A stretch of 32,000 nucleotides of DNA from Nostoc sp. PCC 7120 = FACHB-418 (GCF_000009705.1 NC_003272.1:90001-122000), one strand, 5' to 3'. Counted from the first letter of the stretch, positions 1 through 9,383 are shown. The notes: generated by a model not told the origin, from the letters alone. Made by a program: numbers and translations.

Positions 1-104
1 AGTAACCATTTATACCTATTCTCAGATTCAGAAGATACTGGATTCTATTTATATAAAACCCAAATCACAGCCAAATAGAACCCAATATCTAAATATTTTT
101 TTCG

Positions 105-1148
105 CTACATATTTCGAGATCGTCCGCTAAAAACTCTTTCTAGCTGTTTGAAGTTTTCTAATACACGACCTGTTCCCAGCACAACACAGCTGAGAGGATC
201 AGCCGCGATGTGGGTGACAATTCCTGTTTCGTGGCTAATGAGGGTATCTATACCTTTGAGCAAAGCACCACCGCCAGCTAGCATAATACCTCTGTCAATA
301 ATGTCCGCCGCCAGTTCAGGAGGTGTACGTTCTAATGTCCGCTTCACCGCTTCGATGATTACAGATAAAGGTTCCAGCATACTTTCACGAATTTCTGGCC
401 CCTTAATCGTGACAGTTCTTGGTAAACCTGAGAGCAGGTGTAAACCTCGGACTTCCATCATCGCATCGTCATCATCATGGGTAGGATAGGCAGAACCCAT
501 GCGAATTTTAATATCCTCAGCAGTACGTTCCCCAATCACCAAGTTATGAACTTTCTTCATGTACATGATGATGGACTCTGTTAATTCGTCCCCAGCAATG
601 CGTACTGATTCGCTAATTACAGTACCTTGGAGACTCAACACAGCAACTTCCGTAGTTCCCCCACCAATATCGATAATCATGTTACCAGTAGGTTCCGCAA
701 CTGGTAATCCCGCACCGATCGCAGCTGCTACAGGTTCATCAATTAAATATACCTCTCTAGCTCCAGCTTGCGCCGCCGCATCCATGACGGCGCGTCTTTC
801 CACCCCAGTTACCCCACTGGGAATGCCAATTACAATCCGGGGTAATATTAAAGACCTGCCTTCATTGACCCTCTGAATAAAGCTTTTCAGCATTAGTTCA
901 GCTGTATCAAAGTCAGCAATTACCCCATCGCGCAAAGGTCGCAGGGCAATCACATTTCCCGGTGTGCGACCGAGCATTTTTTTAGCTTCTTCCCCAACTG
1001 CCAAAGCTACCTTTTCATTTTGATCGATAGCTACCACAGAAGGTTCTTGCAGTACAATACCTTTACCAGACACATAAACGAGGGTATTTGCTGTACCGAG
1101 GTCGATACCCATATCCCACGATGAGCGAAAGTTCCTAAAAAGCCCCAC
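105..1148 (-). CDS. mreB: Rod-shape determining actin homologue MreB
   Basis: 347-aa ORF with actin-fold phosphate-binding motifs (GIDLGTANT, IDIGGGTTEVAV) and a typical MreB N-terminal leader. The start is GTG at 1148. Confidence 0.95.
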   Translation of the reverse strand: MGLFRNFRSSWDMGIDLGTANTLVYVSGKGIVLQEPSVVAIDQNEKVALAVGEEAKKMLGRTPGNVIALRPLRDGVIADFDTAELMLKSFIQRVNEGRSLILPRIVIGIPSGVTGVERRAVMDAAAQAGAREVYLIDEPVAAAIGAGLPVAEPTGNMIIDIGGGTTEVAVLSLQGTVISESVRIAGDELTESIIMYMKKVHNLVIGERTAEDIKIRMGSAYPTHDDDDAMMEVRGLHLLSGLPRTVTIKGPEIRESMLEPLSVIIEAVKRTLERTPPELAADIIDRGIMLAGGGALLKGIDTLISHETGIVTHIAADPLSCVVLGTGRVLENFKQLERVFSGRSRNM

Positions 1149-1454
1149 GCGTCTCTATGCCCCCTATTCCTGACATTTTATAGACTACAACTGTTAATGC
1201 GAATCGTGCTGGATTTTATTATGATTTTGAGCCTGAGTCCAGCCAAATAGGCTATATGTCGATAACTTTCGGCAATTTTTCCTCAGTCTCAAATATCCAC
1301 GGTATTGATATTCTCTGACTAATTCAGTATACCCGTATAGTTTTTCAATTTTGTCAAGTATTTCTGCATATTTTTATACTGTAAATTTATTGCTAAGTTT
1401 CTAACACATTTTCAATCAGGTCACAATTAGTTATGATTAAAGTCAAAATTAATA

Positions 1455-1468
1455 AGTACTTATGTACT
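1455..1468 (+). promoter_or_regulatory. Candidate LexA box upstream of ssb
   Basis: AGTACTTATGTACT matches every position of the cyanobacterial LexA consensus RGTACNNNDGTWCB as I remember it. It lies 15 nt upstream of the ssb ATG, just downstream of a TATGAT -10-like hexamer (1432..1437). It was the only full match in my manual scan of GTAC sites in the window. Confidence 0.6.
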
Positions 1469-1482
1469 AAAGGATAAGGCAG

Positions 1483-1842
1483 ATGAGCATTAACATTGTC
1501 ACCCTAGTAGGTCGCGTAGGCACTGATCCAGACATTAAATATTTTGAGTCTGGGAGTGTAAAGTGTAGATTAACTCTAGCCGTCAATCGGCGTTCAAAGA
1601 ACGATAAACCTGATTGGTTCACCTTAGAACTGTGGGATAAGACAGCAGAGGTCGCAGGCAATTATGTCCGCAAAGGTAGTTTAATAGGAGTTAAAGGTTC
1701 CTTGAAGTTTGACTCATGGAGCGATCGCCAAACTGGAGTTAATCGATCTACGCCAGTAATTAGAGTAGATCAACTAGAACTACTAGGTTCCAAACAAGAT
1801 AGAGACGGTGGTAGTAGCGACTTCGCACCAGAAAATTTTTAA
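1483..1842 (+). CDS. ssb: Single-stranded DNA-binding protein, short form (OB fold with a very short tail)
   Basis: 119 aa with an SSB OB-fold pattern (NIVTLVGRVGTDPDIKYF...WFTLELWDKTAEVAGNYVRKGSLIGVKGSLKFDSW). An aaggataagg RBS precedes the ATG. The C-terminus ends DFAPENF rather than a long Gly/Pro linker plus DDDIPF. Confidence 0.9.
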   Translation: MSINIVTLVGRVGTDPDIKYFESGSVKCRLTLAVNRRSKNDKPDWFTLELWDKTAEVAGNYVRKGSLIGVKGSLKFDSWSDRQTGVNRSTPVIRVDQLELLGSKQDRDGGSSDFAPENF

Positions 1843-1856
1843 TAGGTGAAGTAAGT

Positions 1857-1890
1857 GGTCAGTTGTTAGCAGCCAAGGAAACAACTGACC
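1857..1890. terminator. Hairpin between convergent ssb and the SIMPL-family gene
   Basis: GGTCAGTTGTT / AACAACTGACC forms an 11-bp perfect stem with a 12-nt loop. No clean U-tract follows on either strand. Confidence 0.35.
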
Positions 1891-1902
1891 AATGACAACT
1901 GA

Positions 1903-2649
1903 CTAATAACTAATTTGCAACGTGACTGAGGCTTCAACCTGTTGTTCGCCACCAATTACGGGAGTAGACGCATCTGCACTGCTAAGTTTGGCAGCCTCGG
2001 CTCTGTACAATATGGGTGGTGGAGGCGCAGTTGCACCACCAACTTGAATACTTACTACTTCTTTAGCTTGAAAACCGAGGCTACTAAACACCGCGCTGGC
2101 TTGCTGTTGTGCGTCTTGGGTCGCTTCCTTTAAGGCTTGTTGCCTAGCAGAGGCGATCGCCTCATCAGTAGCCACAAAACTGATACCATTGATTTGAGTT
2201 GCGCCAGCTTTCACCGCTTCATCTAATAATGTCCCAGCTTTTTCCGTAGCAATACGGAAATTCACCGTATTACTAGCAGCATATCCAGTAATTCTCTGCA
2301 CATTATTGTTATAGCTATAAACCGGGTTGAGACGAATACCAGTTGTTTGTAACTTCTCCACATTTCGGCTTTTCAGTAAAGCAACCACAGCCGATGACCT
2401 CCGTGCTGCTTCATGCTGCACTTCCTGAGCAGTTTTACCCTGAATTTCCACTCCTAAACTAACTTCCGACAATGTGGTAGGAATCGATTCAACCCCACGA
2501 CCACTGACAGTCAAAGTACGCCACATTCTTTCTTTCTCTTGTGCTAGTCCAGGCTGCACAAAACTCACAAAAACTAACAACGCCAACGGCAAACTTTGCC
2601 AAAATTTTCCAGCACGCAACTGAGAACCAAATAAAGCAGTTCTAACCAT
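1903..2649 (-). CDS. Secreted SIMPL/DUF541-family protein (YggE-like)
   Basis: 248 aa with an N-terminal signal-like hydrophobic segment. The overall pattern resembles periplasmic SIMPL-domain proteins. The product call is from memory of the family only. Confidence 0.7.
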   Translation of the reverse strand: MVRTALFGSQLRAGKFWQSLPLALLVFVSFVQPGLAQEKERMWRTLTVSGRGVESIPTTLSEVSLGVEIQGKTAQEVQHEAARRSSAVVALLKSRNVEKLQTTGIRLNPVYSYNNNVQRITGYAASNTVNFRIATEKAGTLLDEAVKAGATQINGISFVATDEAIASARQQALKEATQDAQQQASAVFSSLGFQAKEVVSIQVGGATAPPPPILYRAEAAKLSSADASTPVIGGEQQVEASVTLQISY

Positions 2650-3058
2650 GATTTACACTCCTCATAAATATATGCAGATACCTTTAAACCGTATCTATTC
2701 AGCGCTGAGTTCCAAGTAAAATCCCTCCACTGAGAACCCTGCACTGTTATACCTTATGCAGTTAGTCGATACGATTTGTATGTTCCTACTTTGACACTGC
2801 CATAGTCAAAAGTTAAAACGGTTACATTTTTTGAAACTAAAAAACTTAGACCAAACTTATTCAATTGTCTTCATAGATATTTCTCCTCGTACCTCAGCGC
2901 TTACCTCCACATCCTCTGTGTTAAAAATTCTCCTCAATTCACTCCGATGTTACGCAAATTAGTCCGCCAAACATCATTTATCGCACCTGAACGAAGTGTA
3001 TTTTCCATAAAAGAGTAAAAATGGAATAGAAGGATGTTCACGTAACAACGCGTAACAA

Positions 3059-4516
3059 ATGCAGTTTTTCAATGCAATCAACTTCGCTTTTCCTCTGCTG
3101 GCCAGCACAACTGAAGCCGCAGACAGTTCAATGGTTGTCGCCGCAGTCTTGCTGAGTTTAGTGGTAGTTTACCTAGCTAGCAAAGTTGGTGGCGAGTTAT
3201 CCAACCGAGTGGGTTTACCACCTGTCTTAGGCGAACTTTTAGGTGGTGTGGTCGTGGGTGTTTCTGTTCTGCACCTGTTGGTGTTCCCTGAAGGTGGTGC
3301 AGACGGTTCCAGTTCTATGATTATGACCTTCCTCCAAACTACGGCTGGTTTAAGTCCAGAAGCGACACCAGCCGTATTTACAGCCCAATCAGAAGTGATT
3401 TCTGTTTTAGCTGAACTGGGTGTGATCATCCTACTGTTTGAAATTGGCTTAGAGTCAAACTTAAAAGACTTGATGGCAGTTGGTGTCCAAGCTTTAGTAG
3501 TCGCAGTGGTGGGGGTTACAGTCCCATTTGCCGCCGGGACTATAGGCTTGATGACTTTGTTTGGTATCGATGCTGTACCCGCAATCTTTGCTGGGGCAGC
3601 TTTAACGGCTACCAGTATCGGGATTACCTCTAAGGTACTCTCAGAAATAGGAAGGCTCAATTCCAAAGAAGGACAGATAATTCTGGGTGCGGCTGTAATT
3701 GACGACGTACTGGGAATTATTGTCTTAGCGGTGGTTGCCAGCCTCGCTAAAGAAGGGACTGTAGATGTAGGTCAAGTCATCTATCTGATTATTAGTGCTA
3801 GTGGCTTTCTTTTGGGTGCGATTGTCTTGGGTAATGTTTTCAACAAAACCTTTGTCGCGATCGCTGATATGCTCAAAACACGAGGTGAACTAGTAATACC
3901 AGCTTTCATCTTCGCTTTTGTTATGGCATATCTCGCTGCCATCATCCATTTAGAAGCCATTCTTGGCGCTTTTGCCGCAGGTTTAGTTCTGGAAGAAACA
4001 GACAAGCGCAAAGAGCTACAAAGGCAAGTTTGCCCCATTGCTGATATGTTAGTGCCAATTTTCTTCGTTACCGTAGGTGCGAAAACTGATTTAGGCGTAC
4101 TTAACCCAGCCATCCCCAGCAATCGGGAAGGGTTAATTATGGCAAGTTTCCTGATCATGGTCGCTATCTTCGGTAAAGTAATCACAGGCTTTAGCGTCTT
4201 TGGTCAATCCCAAATCAACCGCCTAGCGATTGGCGTGGGGATGATTCCTAGAGGTGAGGTAGGGTTAGTATTTGCTGGTGTCGGTGCAGCCAGTGGCGCA
4301 CTCTCTAAACCGTTAGGGGCAGCAATCATCATGATGGTTATCCTGACAACTTTTCTCGCTCCCCCTTTATTAAGATTCGTTTTTCCAGACTCAGATGATG
4401 GGATAGACGACTCAGCACAATTGATTTTAGATGGTTCCACGGGGAAACAATTAGCTATAGAAACACCATCTTCTGTTGTATCTACTGCCAAGGATAGTGG
4501 GAATGTAAGTTCTTAA
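3059..4516 (+). CDS. Cation:proton antiporter (Na+/H+ exchanger family, CPA2-like)
   Basis: 485 aa, polytopic and highly hydrophobic with about 11-13 predicted helices. It carries typical exchanger motifs (ELGVIILLFEIGLE, PRGEVGLVFA). Confidence 0.85.
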   Translation: MQFFNAINFAFPLLASTTEAADSSMVVAAVLLSLVVVYLASKVGGELSNRVGLPPVLGELLGGVVVGVSVLHLLVFPEGGADGSSSMIMTFLQTTAGLSPEATPAVFTAQSEVISVLAELGVIILLFEIGLESNLKDLMAVGVQALVVAVVGVTVPFAAGTIGLMTLFGIDAVPAIFAGAALTATSIGITSKVLSEIGRLNSKEGQIILGAAVIDDVLGIIVLAVVASLAKEGTVDVGQVIYLIISASGFLLGAIVLGNVFNKTFVAIADMLKTRGELVIPAFIFAFVMAYLAAIIHLEAILGAFAAGLVLEETDKRKELQRQVCPIADMLVPIFFVTVGAKTDLGVLNPAIPSNREGLIMASFLIMVAIFGKVITGFSVFGQSQINRLAIGVGMIPRGEVGLVFAGVGAASGALSKPLGAAIIMMVILTTFLAPPLLRFVFPDSDDGIDDSAQLILDGSTGKQLAIETPSSVVSTAKDSGNVSS

Positions 4517-5135
4517 AGTAGGGGTGCAGAGTGCTGTAGGCAGATGGAATGTTTTTCCCTAAGTTTATCCCCCTTGCACCCTGCTCCCTGCTCCCGTGGC
4601 TTTTCTACTCCCCATCCCCATACATGGAAACTTCTATCTTCCCATCTTCGTCCTGAGGAATTATCAATTTTATTTTTTATCTCATAACTATTAGTATTCG
4701 GAATGTTATCTGTTGCAAAACTAAAAACCAAACACTTTTGTGATTAGGTCAACTGCCAAAGAATGATAATATTTTTCTCTTACACCTTGAAACTTTTTTA
4801 TCCCCACAGCCGTTTACCAAATCGTTGGAGTGTTTATTTAAAAATTTGATTTATTGGTCATAAAATAACTCAATTCCCAATTTTTGGTAAGCTCGAAGAT
4901 CGCTCACCAAAACTTTTGGATGAATGTAGTAAATTGCGGAGCTATTAATGTTGTATTTAATGCTTTAAAGCCAAAATATTGTGTTCTGATAGTACGGCAA
5001 TAATTAAGGGAATACTGAGACTCAAAGCCATTATATTGTCTTTTTATACCAAATTCCCAGGAATATAGAGCGTATCAAAACTCAAGATCAGGTGGCAAAG
5101 ATGTGACAACTTGCCGATATGTTGAGACATTGACA

Positions 5136-5167
5136 GCTCTAATGAATGCAAATCAGGAGAATGGATT
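5136..5167 (+). promoter_or_regulatory. Conserved amiC leader/RBS block, copy 1
   Basis: Including the GTG, 30 of 35 nt are identical to 7318..7352 (GCTCTAATGAATGCAAATCAGGAGAATGGATTGTG vs GCTCTCATGAACGCACATCAGGAGAAAAGATTGTG). Confidence 0.5.
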
Positions 5168-7051
5168 GTGAAATTACACTGGTTACTATCTGGTACAGTT
5201 GGAACTGTCTTATTACTATCGTCGCCAGCCTTAGCAACGAGGTTAAATTCTTGGCGCTTTGATGCCAATCAAAACCGCTTGGAAATTAATACTACAGGTG
5301 CCGTCCAACCAAGGGCGCAACTAATTTTTAATCCCACACGGTTAGTAATAGATTTGCCAAATGTGACATTTGGGCGATCGCAGTTAACACAACCAATCGG
5401 TGGTAGAATCCGCTCTGTCCGCGTAGGGCAATTTGATCCGCAAACCACGCGTATAGTTGTGGAAGTGGCTCCTGGTTACACTCTTGATCCTCAGCAAATC
5501 AAATTTGTCGGGCTTACAGCTAACCGTTGGACAGTCCAGTTACCAACTCCCACATCAGAGCAAGCAGAGTCTTCACCAGACAACACTTATAATGTGGTGA
5601 CTATTGACTCCAACACCAGGCCAAGTTTACCCAATAACACAAGACCGGAGTTACCAAATAATACAAGACCAGAGTTCTCCGATAATACAATCAGTGCTGC
5701 ACCCGGAACGACACAAATTGAAGGCTTACAGGTGACTGGGGATGGTTTTTTTGTCCGCACCAGTGGTGGCAATCCTCAAGTTCAAGTCATTCGCAGCCGC
5801 GATCGCGCTACTATTTTTATGGATATTGCTGGGGCAACTTTATCGCCACGCGCCCCAAGAAACATACCCGTTAATAAACATGGTGTCAACCGGGTTGAAC
5901 TCACTCCATTACAAACCAGAACCCCAAGCGTCCGTATGACCTTGCGGGTAGATAAGAATAGCCCAGACTGGCGAGCAACTAACAGTAATGCAGGTGGTTT
6001 AGTAGTTCTACCTAGTCGTGTAGTCAGACTGCCCAATAATGACAACGGCGAAGGTAACACCTCGACCTTGCCTGACAGAATAACTACAACCAGTGCCATT
6101 GCCACAATTCAGTCAGTTGACCTCTCTAGTAATGGCACACAACTACTGATTAGAGCTGATCAAGCAGTATCTGGTAACGGTGGATGGGATAGAAACACTG
6201 GTCTATTCCGCATCACTATTCCTAACGCCCAGTTAGCTCCCCAAGTCACTGGGCCAAGTTTAAGTGCTAATAGCCCCATTCTCAGAATACGTCTGCAAAA
6301 ACAAGAACCCAACACAGTAGTTGTTCTCGTCCAGCCGGCTGCTGGGGTGCAAGTTGGTCAACTCAACAAAGTTGGCAACCAGCTTTTAGCTCTACAATTA
6401 CAAGGCTCACGTCGGCTCGCTACCACACCTCCCTTACCCCCCATCCAAGGACAATTACCAGATCCAACAAATCCCCGTCCTCTACCCCAACCAGGAACAA
6501 GACCAGTTCCCAAAGGCAGATTATCAGTATTCATCGACCCCGGACACGGTGGTAAAGACCCAGGAGCCATTGGTATTGGTGGAGTGCGGGAAAAAGATAT
6601 CATCTTGCCCATCAGTCAAAGAATTGCCCAAGTATTACAGCAAAATGGGGTACAAGTGGTGATGGCAAGAAATTCTGACTTTTTTGTCAGCCTACCAGGA
6701 CGAGTACAAATGGCAGAACGAGCCAGGGCTGATGTATTTGTCAGTATCCACGCTAACGCCATCGGTGGGAATCGTGCAGATGTCAATGGTTTGGAAACTT
6801 ACTATTACGATAGCGGATTAGGTTTAGCTCGTGCAGTTCATAGGAGCATTCTTCAAAACGTAAATGTCCGAGATAGAGGAGTACGTCGAGCCAGATTTTA
6901 TGTCCTTAGAAAAAGCTCTATGCCCTCTATTCTGGTAGAAACAGGGTATTTAACTGGTAGAGATGATAATGGTAAACTGCAAAGTCCAGCTTACCAAAGA
7001 CAAATGGCAGATGCGATCGCTCGCGGTATTCTTCAGTACCTCAAACGATAG
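5168..7051 (+). CDS. amiC1: Septal N-acetylmuramoyl-L-alanine amidase with N-terminal AMIN-type repeats (AmiC paralogue 1)
   Basis: 627 aa: signal peptide, AMIN-like repeats (RLVIDLPN...VRVGQFDPQTTRIVVE), Pro-rich linkers and a C-terminal Amidase_3 domain (IDPGHGGKDPGA, VSIHANA, LVETGYL). GTG start with an AGGAGA RBS. First of a tandem pair. Confidence 0.9.
   Translation: MKLHWLLSGTVGTVLLLSSPALATRLNSWRFDANQNRLEINTTGAVQPRAQLIFNPTRLVIDLPNVTFGRSQLTQPIGGRIRSVRVGQFDPQTTRIVVEVAPGYTLDPQQIKFVGLTANRWTVQLPTPTSEQAESSPDNTYNVVTIDSNTRPSLPNNTRPELPNNTRPEFSDNTISAAPGTTQIEGLQVTGDGFFVRTSGGNPQVQVIRSRDRATIFMDIAGATLSPRAPRNIPVNKHGVNRVELTPLQTRTPSVRMTLRVDKNSPDWRATNSNAGGLVVLPSRVVRLPNNDNGEGNTSTLPDRITTTSAIATIQSVDLSSNGTQLLIRADQAVSGNGGWDRNTGLFRITIPNAQLAPQVTGPSLSANSPILRIRLQKQEPNTVVVLVQPAAGVQVGQLNKVGNQLLALQLQGSRRLATTPPLPPIQGQLPDPTNPRPLPQPGTRPVPKGRLSVFIDPGHGGKDPGAIGIGGVREKDIILPISQRIAQVLQQNGVQVVMARNSDFFVSLPGRVQMAERARADVFVSIHANAIGGNRADVNGLETYYYDSGLGLARAVHRSILQNVNVRDRGVRRARFYVLRKSSMPSILVETGYLTGRDDNGKLQSPAYQRQMADAIARGILQYLKR
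5612..5683 (+). repeat. 3 x 24-bp in-frame tandem repeat in the amiC1 linker
   Basis: The repeat encodes NTRPSLPN / NTRPELPN / NTRPEFSD, followed by a partial fourth unit (NT...). It is absent from amiC2. Confidence 0.85.
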
Positions 7052-7317
7052 ATAATCAGTCAGTCTTCACAAACTTATAATCATCCTGATTGCCACACTA
7101 TCCCTGTTATTCCTGAAGATTTTGTGTGAATACTAACCACATCCTTATATTCTGAACCTGGATCTTATGCCTTCACGACATGGCAAAATCAAAAGGGCGT
7201 GTTAAGATGTGTCGCCATTAGTTGTATTTTTATACCAGCGCAAAATTTTTATTGCAGTAAAGCTGAAGTTTGAACGGTGATGGTGTGAGGATTAGCCAAC
7301 ATTTTGGAGCCTTAACG

Positions 7318-7349
7318 GCTCTCATGAACGCACATCAGGAGAAAAGATT
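7318..7349 (+). promoter_or_regulatory. Conserved amiC leader/RBS block, copy 2
   Basis: See copy 1. In addition, an identical 11-mer TTTTTATACCA lies 123 nt upstream of this start (7227..7237) and 127 nt upstream of amiC1 (5041..5051). Confidence 0.5.
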
Positions 7350-9233
7350 GTGAAATTACACTGGTTACTATCCGGTACGGTTGGAACCATCTTCTTACTA
7401 TCGTCACCAGCTTTAGCAGCAAGGCTAGACTCTTGGCGATTTGACCCTAGCCAAAATCGTTTAGAGATTAATACTAATGGCGCTGTACAACCCAAGGCGC
7501 AACTGATTTTCAATCCGACACGTTTAGTTATTGATTTACCCGAAACCACATTTGGTCAGCCCCCATCAACACAGCAAATAGGCGGTGCAATTCGGGCTAT
7601 ACGTGTAGGACAATTTGATCCACAGACCACGCGTATTGTCGTAGAACTCAATCCTGGTTACACACTCGACCCCCAACAAGTCAAATTTGTCGGTATCAGC
7701 CCTAGTCGCTGGACTGTGCAGCTACCTACCCCAACAGTTGAAAGAGTCGCATCGCCCAGAGAAACTGCACAGCAGCCAGTACCTACCATTCCCTCAGAAA
7801 CCGGAGTGGACACACCCTCGGTTTTATCACCCAGAAATGTTTACTCTGTCACTCCAACTACCAAGGAAGCACCGATTAGTAATCTTGCATCTGTAACTCA
7901 AATTGATAACTTACGAGTTACAGGCGATGGATTTTTTATCCGTACCCGTGGTGCTACCCCCCAAATTCAAGTTAATCGTACAGATGATAATCGGGTAATT
8001 AATATCAACATTACCGGCGCATCTTTATCGCCAAACATCGAGAGAGATTTATCAATTAATCGTTATGGTGTCAGCAGCATCCAATTGACGCAATTGTCAA
8101 CGCAAACTGTACGTATCTCCATGCAGGTGGATAGCAACAGTCCTGACTGGCGAGTTAGTACTAGCAGCGTTGGTGGGTTTGTGCTTCTCCCCAGTAAAGG
8201 TATTGCCAACTTACCCCAAAATAATACTCCCAACACCATTTCATCCAATACCAACTCACCCGCCACCATTCAAGCGGTGGAACTAGGTGATAATGGTACA
8301 CAACTTTTAATTCGCTCTGACCAAGCAGTAACAGCTAAAGGCGGCTGGGACAGAACCTCTGGACTTTACCGCATCATTATTAATAACGCCAAGTTATCTC
8401 CTAGAGTTACAGGCCCAGCTTTTAATGCTAACAGCCCTATTCTCCGTGTCCGTCTGCAACCCCAAGTAGCCAATACAGTAGTTGTTTTGGTACAACCAGC
8501 AGCCGGAGTACAAATAGGGGAACTCAATCAAGTAAGTAACCAAATTTTAGCTCTAGAATTACAATCTTCTCGGCAATTGATACCACCAGTAGGTTTACCA
8601 CCCCTACCATCAACAAATCGTAGTCAATTGCCAAATCCAAATATCGATAATCCCATAAATATCCCACAACCAATACCCAGGTCAGTTCCCAGGGGAAGAC
8701 TTTTAGTCGTCATCGACCCTGGACATGGTGGTAAAGATTCTGGCGCTCCTGGTTTGGGTGGATTACTAGAAAAAGATGTAGTCCTACCTATCGGTTTAAG
8801 AATAGCCGCTATTTTAGAGCAGAATGGTATCCAAGCAGTCTTGACGCGCGATGCAGATTTTTTTGTGGAGTTACAAGGACGGGTAGATATTGCCGAACGA
8901 GCTAACGCGACTTTGTTTGTCAGTATTCACGCCAACTCCGTAGAAGGCCGCCCTGATGTTAATGGCTTGGAAGTATATTACTACGATAGTGGTTATGCTT
9001 TAGCCGAATCAGTCCGCAAGACTATTCTCCAAAGTATTGGCACACTCAAAGACCGAGGCACACGCAAAGCTCGGTTCTACGTCTTGAGGAAGAGTTCTAT
9101 GCCGTCGATTCTAGTAGAAACAGGTTATATGAGTGGTAGGGAAGATAATCCCAGACTAGGCTCACCAGAATACCAAAATCGCATGGCAGATGCGATCGCT
9201 CGTGGTATCCTGCAATATTTAAAGAGACAGTAA
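7350..9233 (+). CDS. amiC2: Septal N-acetylmuramoyl-L-alanine amidase with AMIN-type repeats (AmiC paralogue 2)
   Basis: 627 aa, colinear with the upstream paralogue and sharing the N-terminus MKLHWLLSGTVGT. Amidase_3 motifs are retained (IDPGHGGKDSGA, VSIHANS, LVETGYM). GTG start with an AGGAGA RBS. Confidence 0.9.
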   Translation: MKLHWLLSGTVGTIFLLSSPALAARLDSWRFDPSQNRLEINTNGAVQPKAQLIFNPTRLVIDLPETTFGQPPSTQQIGGAIRAIRVGQFDPQTTRIVVELNPGYTLDPQQVKFVGISPSRWTVQLPTPTVERVASPRETAQQPVPTIPSETGVDTPSVLSPRNVYSVTPTTKEAPISNLASVTQIDNLRVTGDGFFIRTRGATPQIQVNRTDDNRVININITGASLSPNIERDLSINRYGVSSIQLTQLSTQTVRISMQVDSNSPDWRVSTSSVGGFVLLPSKGIANLPQNNTPNTISSNTNSPATIQAVELGDNGTQLLIRSDQAVTAKGGWDRTSGLYRIIINNAKLSPRVTGPAFNANSPILRVRLQPQVANTVVVLVQPAAGVQIGELNQVSNQILALELQSSRQLIPPVGLPPLPSTNRSQLPNPNIDNPINIPQPIPRSVPRGRLLVVIDPGHGGKDSGAPGLGGLLEKDVVLPIGLRIAAILEQNGIQAVLTRDADFFVELQGRVDIAERANATLFVSIHANSVEGRPDVNGLEVYYYDSGYALAESVRKTILQSIGTLKDRGTRKARFYVLRKSSMPSILVETGYMSGREDNPRLGSPEYQNRMADAIARGILQYLKRQ

Positions 9234-9302
9234 AATTTTCATTAAGTTCAACATTTAGTCTCAATTACTCACTCTAGAGGTGGTATGTAAACTGCGTGTA
9301 GA

Positions 9303-9352
9303 TACAGAATTTAGTAGTCAATTGGTAAATTGTCTGTTAAATTCTGTATTTT
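9303..9352 (+). terminator. Candidate amiC2 terminator
   Basis: Perfect 10-bp inverted repeat TACAGAATTT (9303..9312) / AAATTCTGTA (9339..9348) followed by TTTT. The loop is long at 26 nt. Confidence 0.4.
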
Positions 9353-9383
9353 AATATTCCAAAATCTCTAACAATATCTGCCT

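Noticed and set aside
148-876. Plus-strand ORFs 148..489 and 559..876 inside mreB.
   Set aside because: They are antisense shadow ORFs within a strongly supported MreB gene. Their composition is low-complexity and Ser/Pro/Ala-rich, with no motifs.
3169-4491. Minus-strand ORFs 3169..3666, 3781..4185 and 4204..4491 opposite the antiporter gene.
   Set aside because: These are typical shadows of a GC-biased membrane-protein gene. They are Pro/Ala/Thr-rich translations with no start context.
4513-4731. 72-aa minus-strand ORF in the spacer after the antiporter gene.
   Set aside because: It is translated largely from the G/C-run repeat element (WGWG..., GAGCKG). No RBS and no protein-like pattern.
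5044-5268. Minus-strand ORFs crossing the amiC1 start (5044..5268) and the amiC2 start (7322..7549) with similar peptides.
   Set aside because: Their similarity is a by-product of the amiC tandem duplication, as the complement of the conserved signal-peptide and leader region. It is not evidence of a conserved antisense gene.
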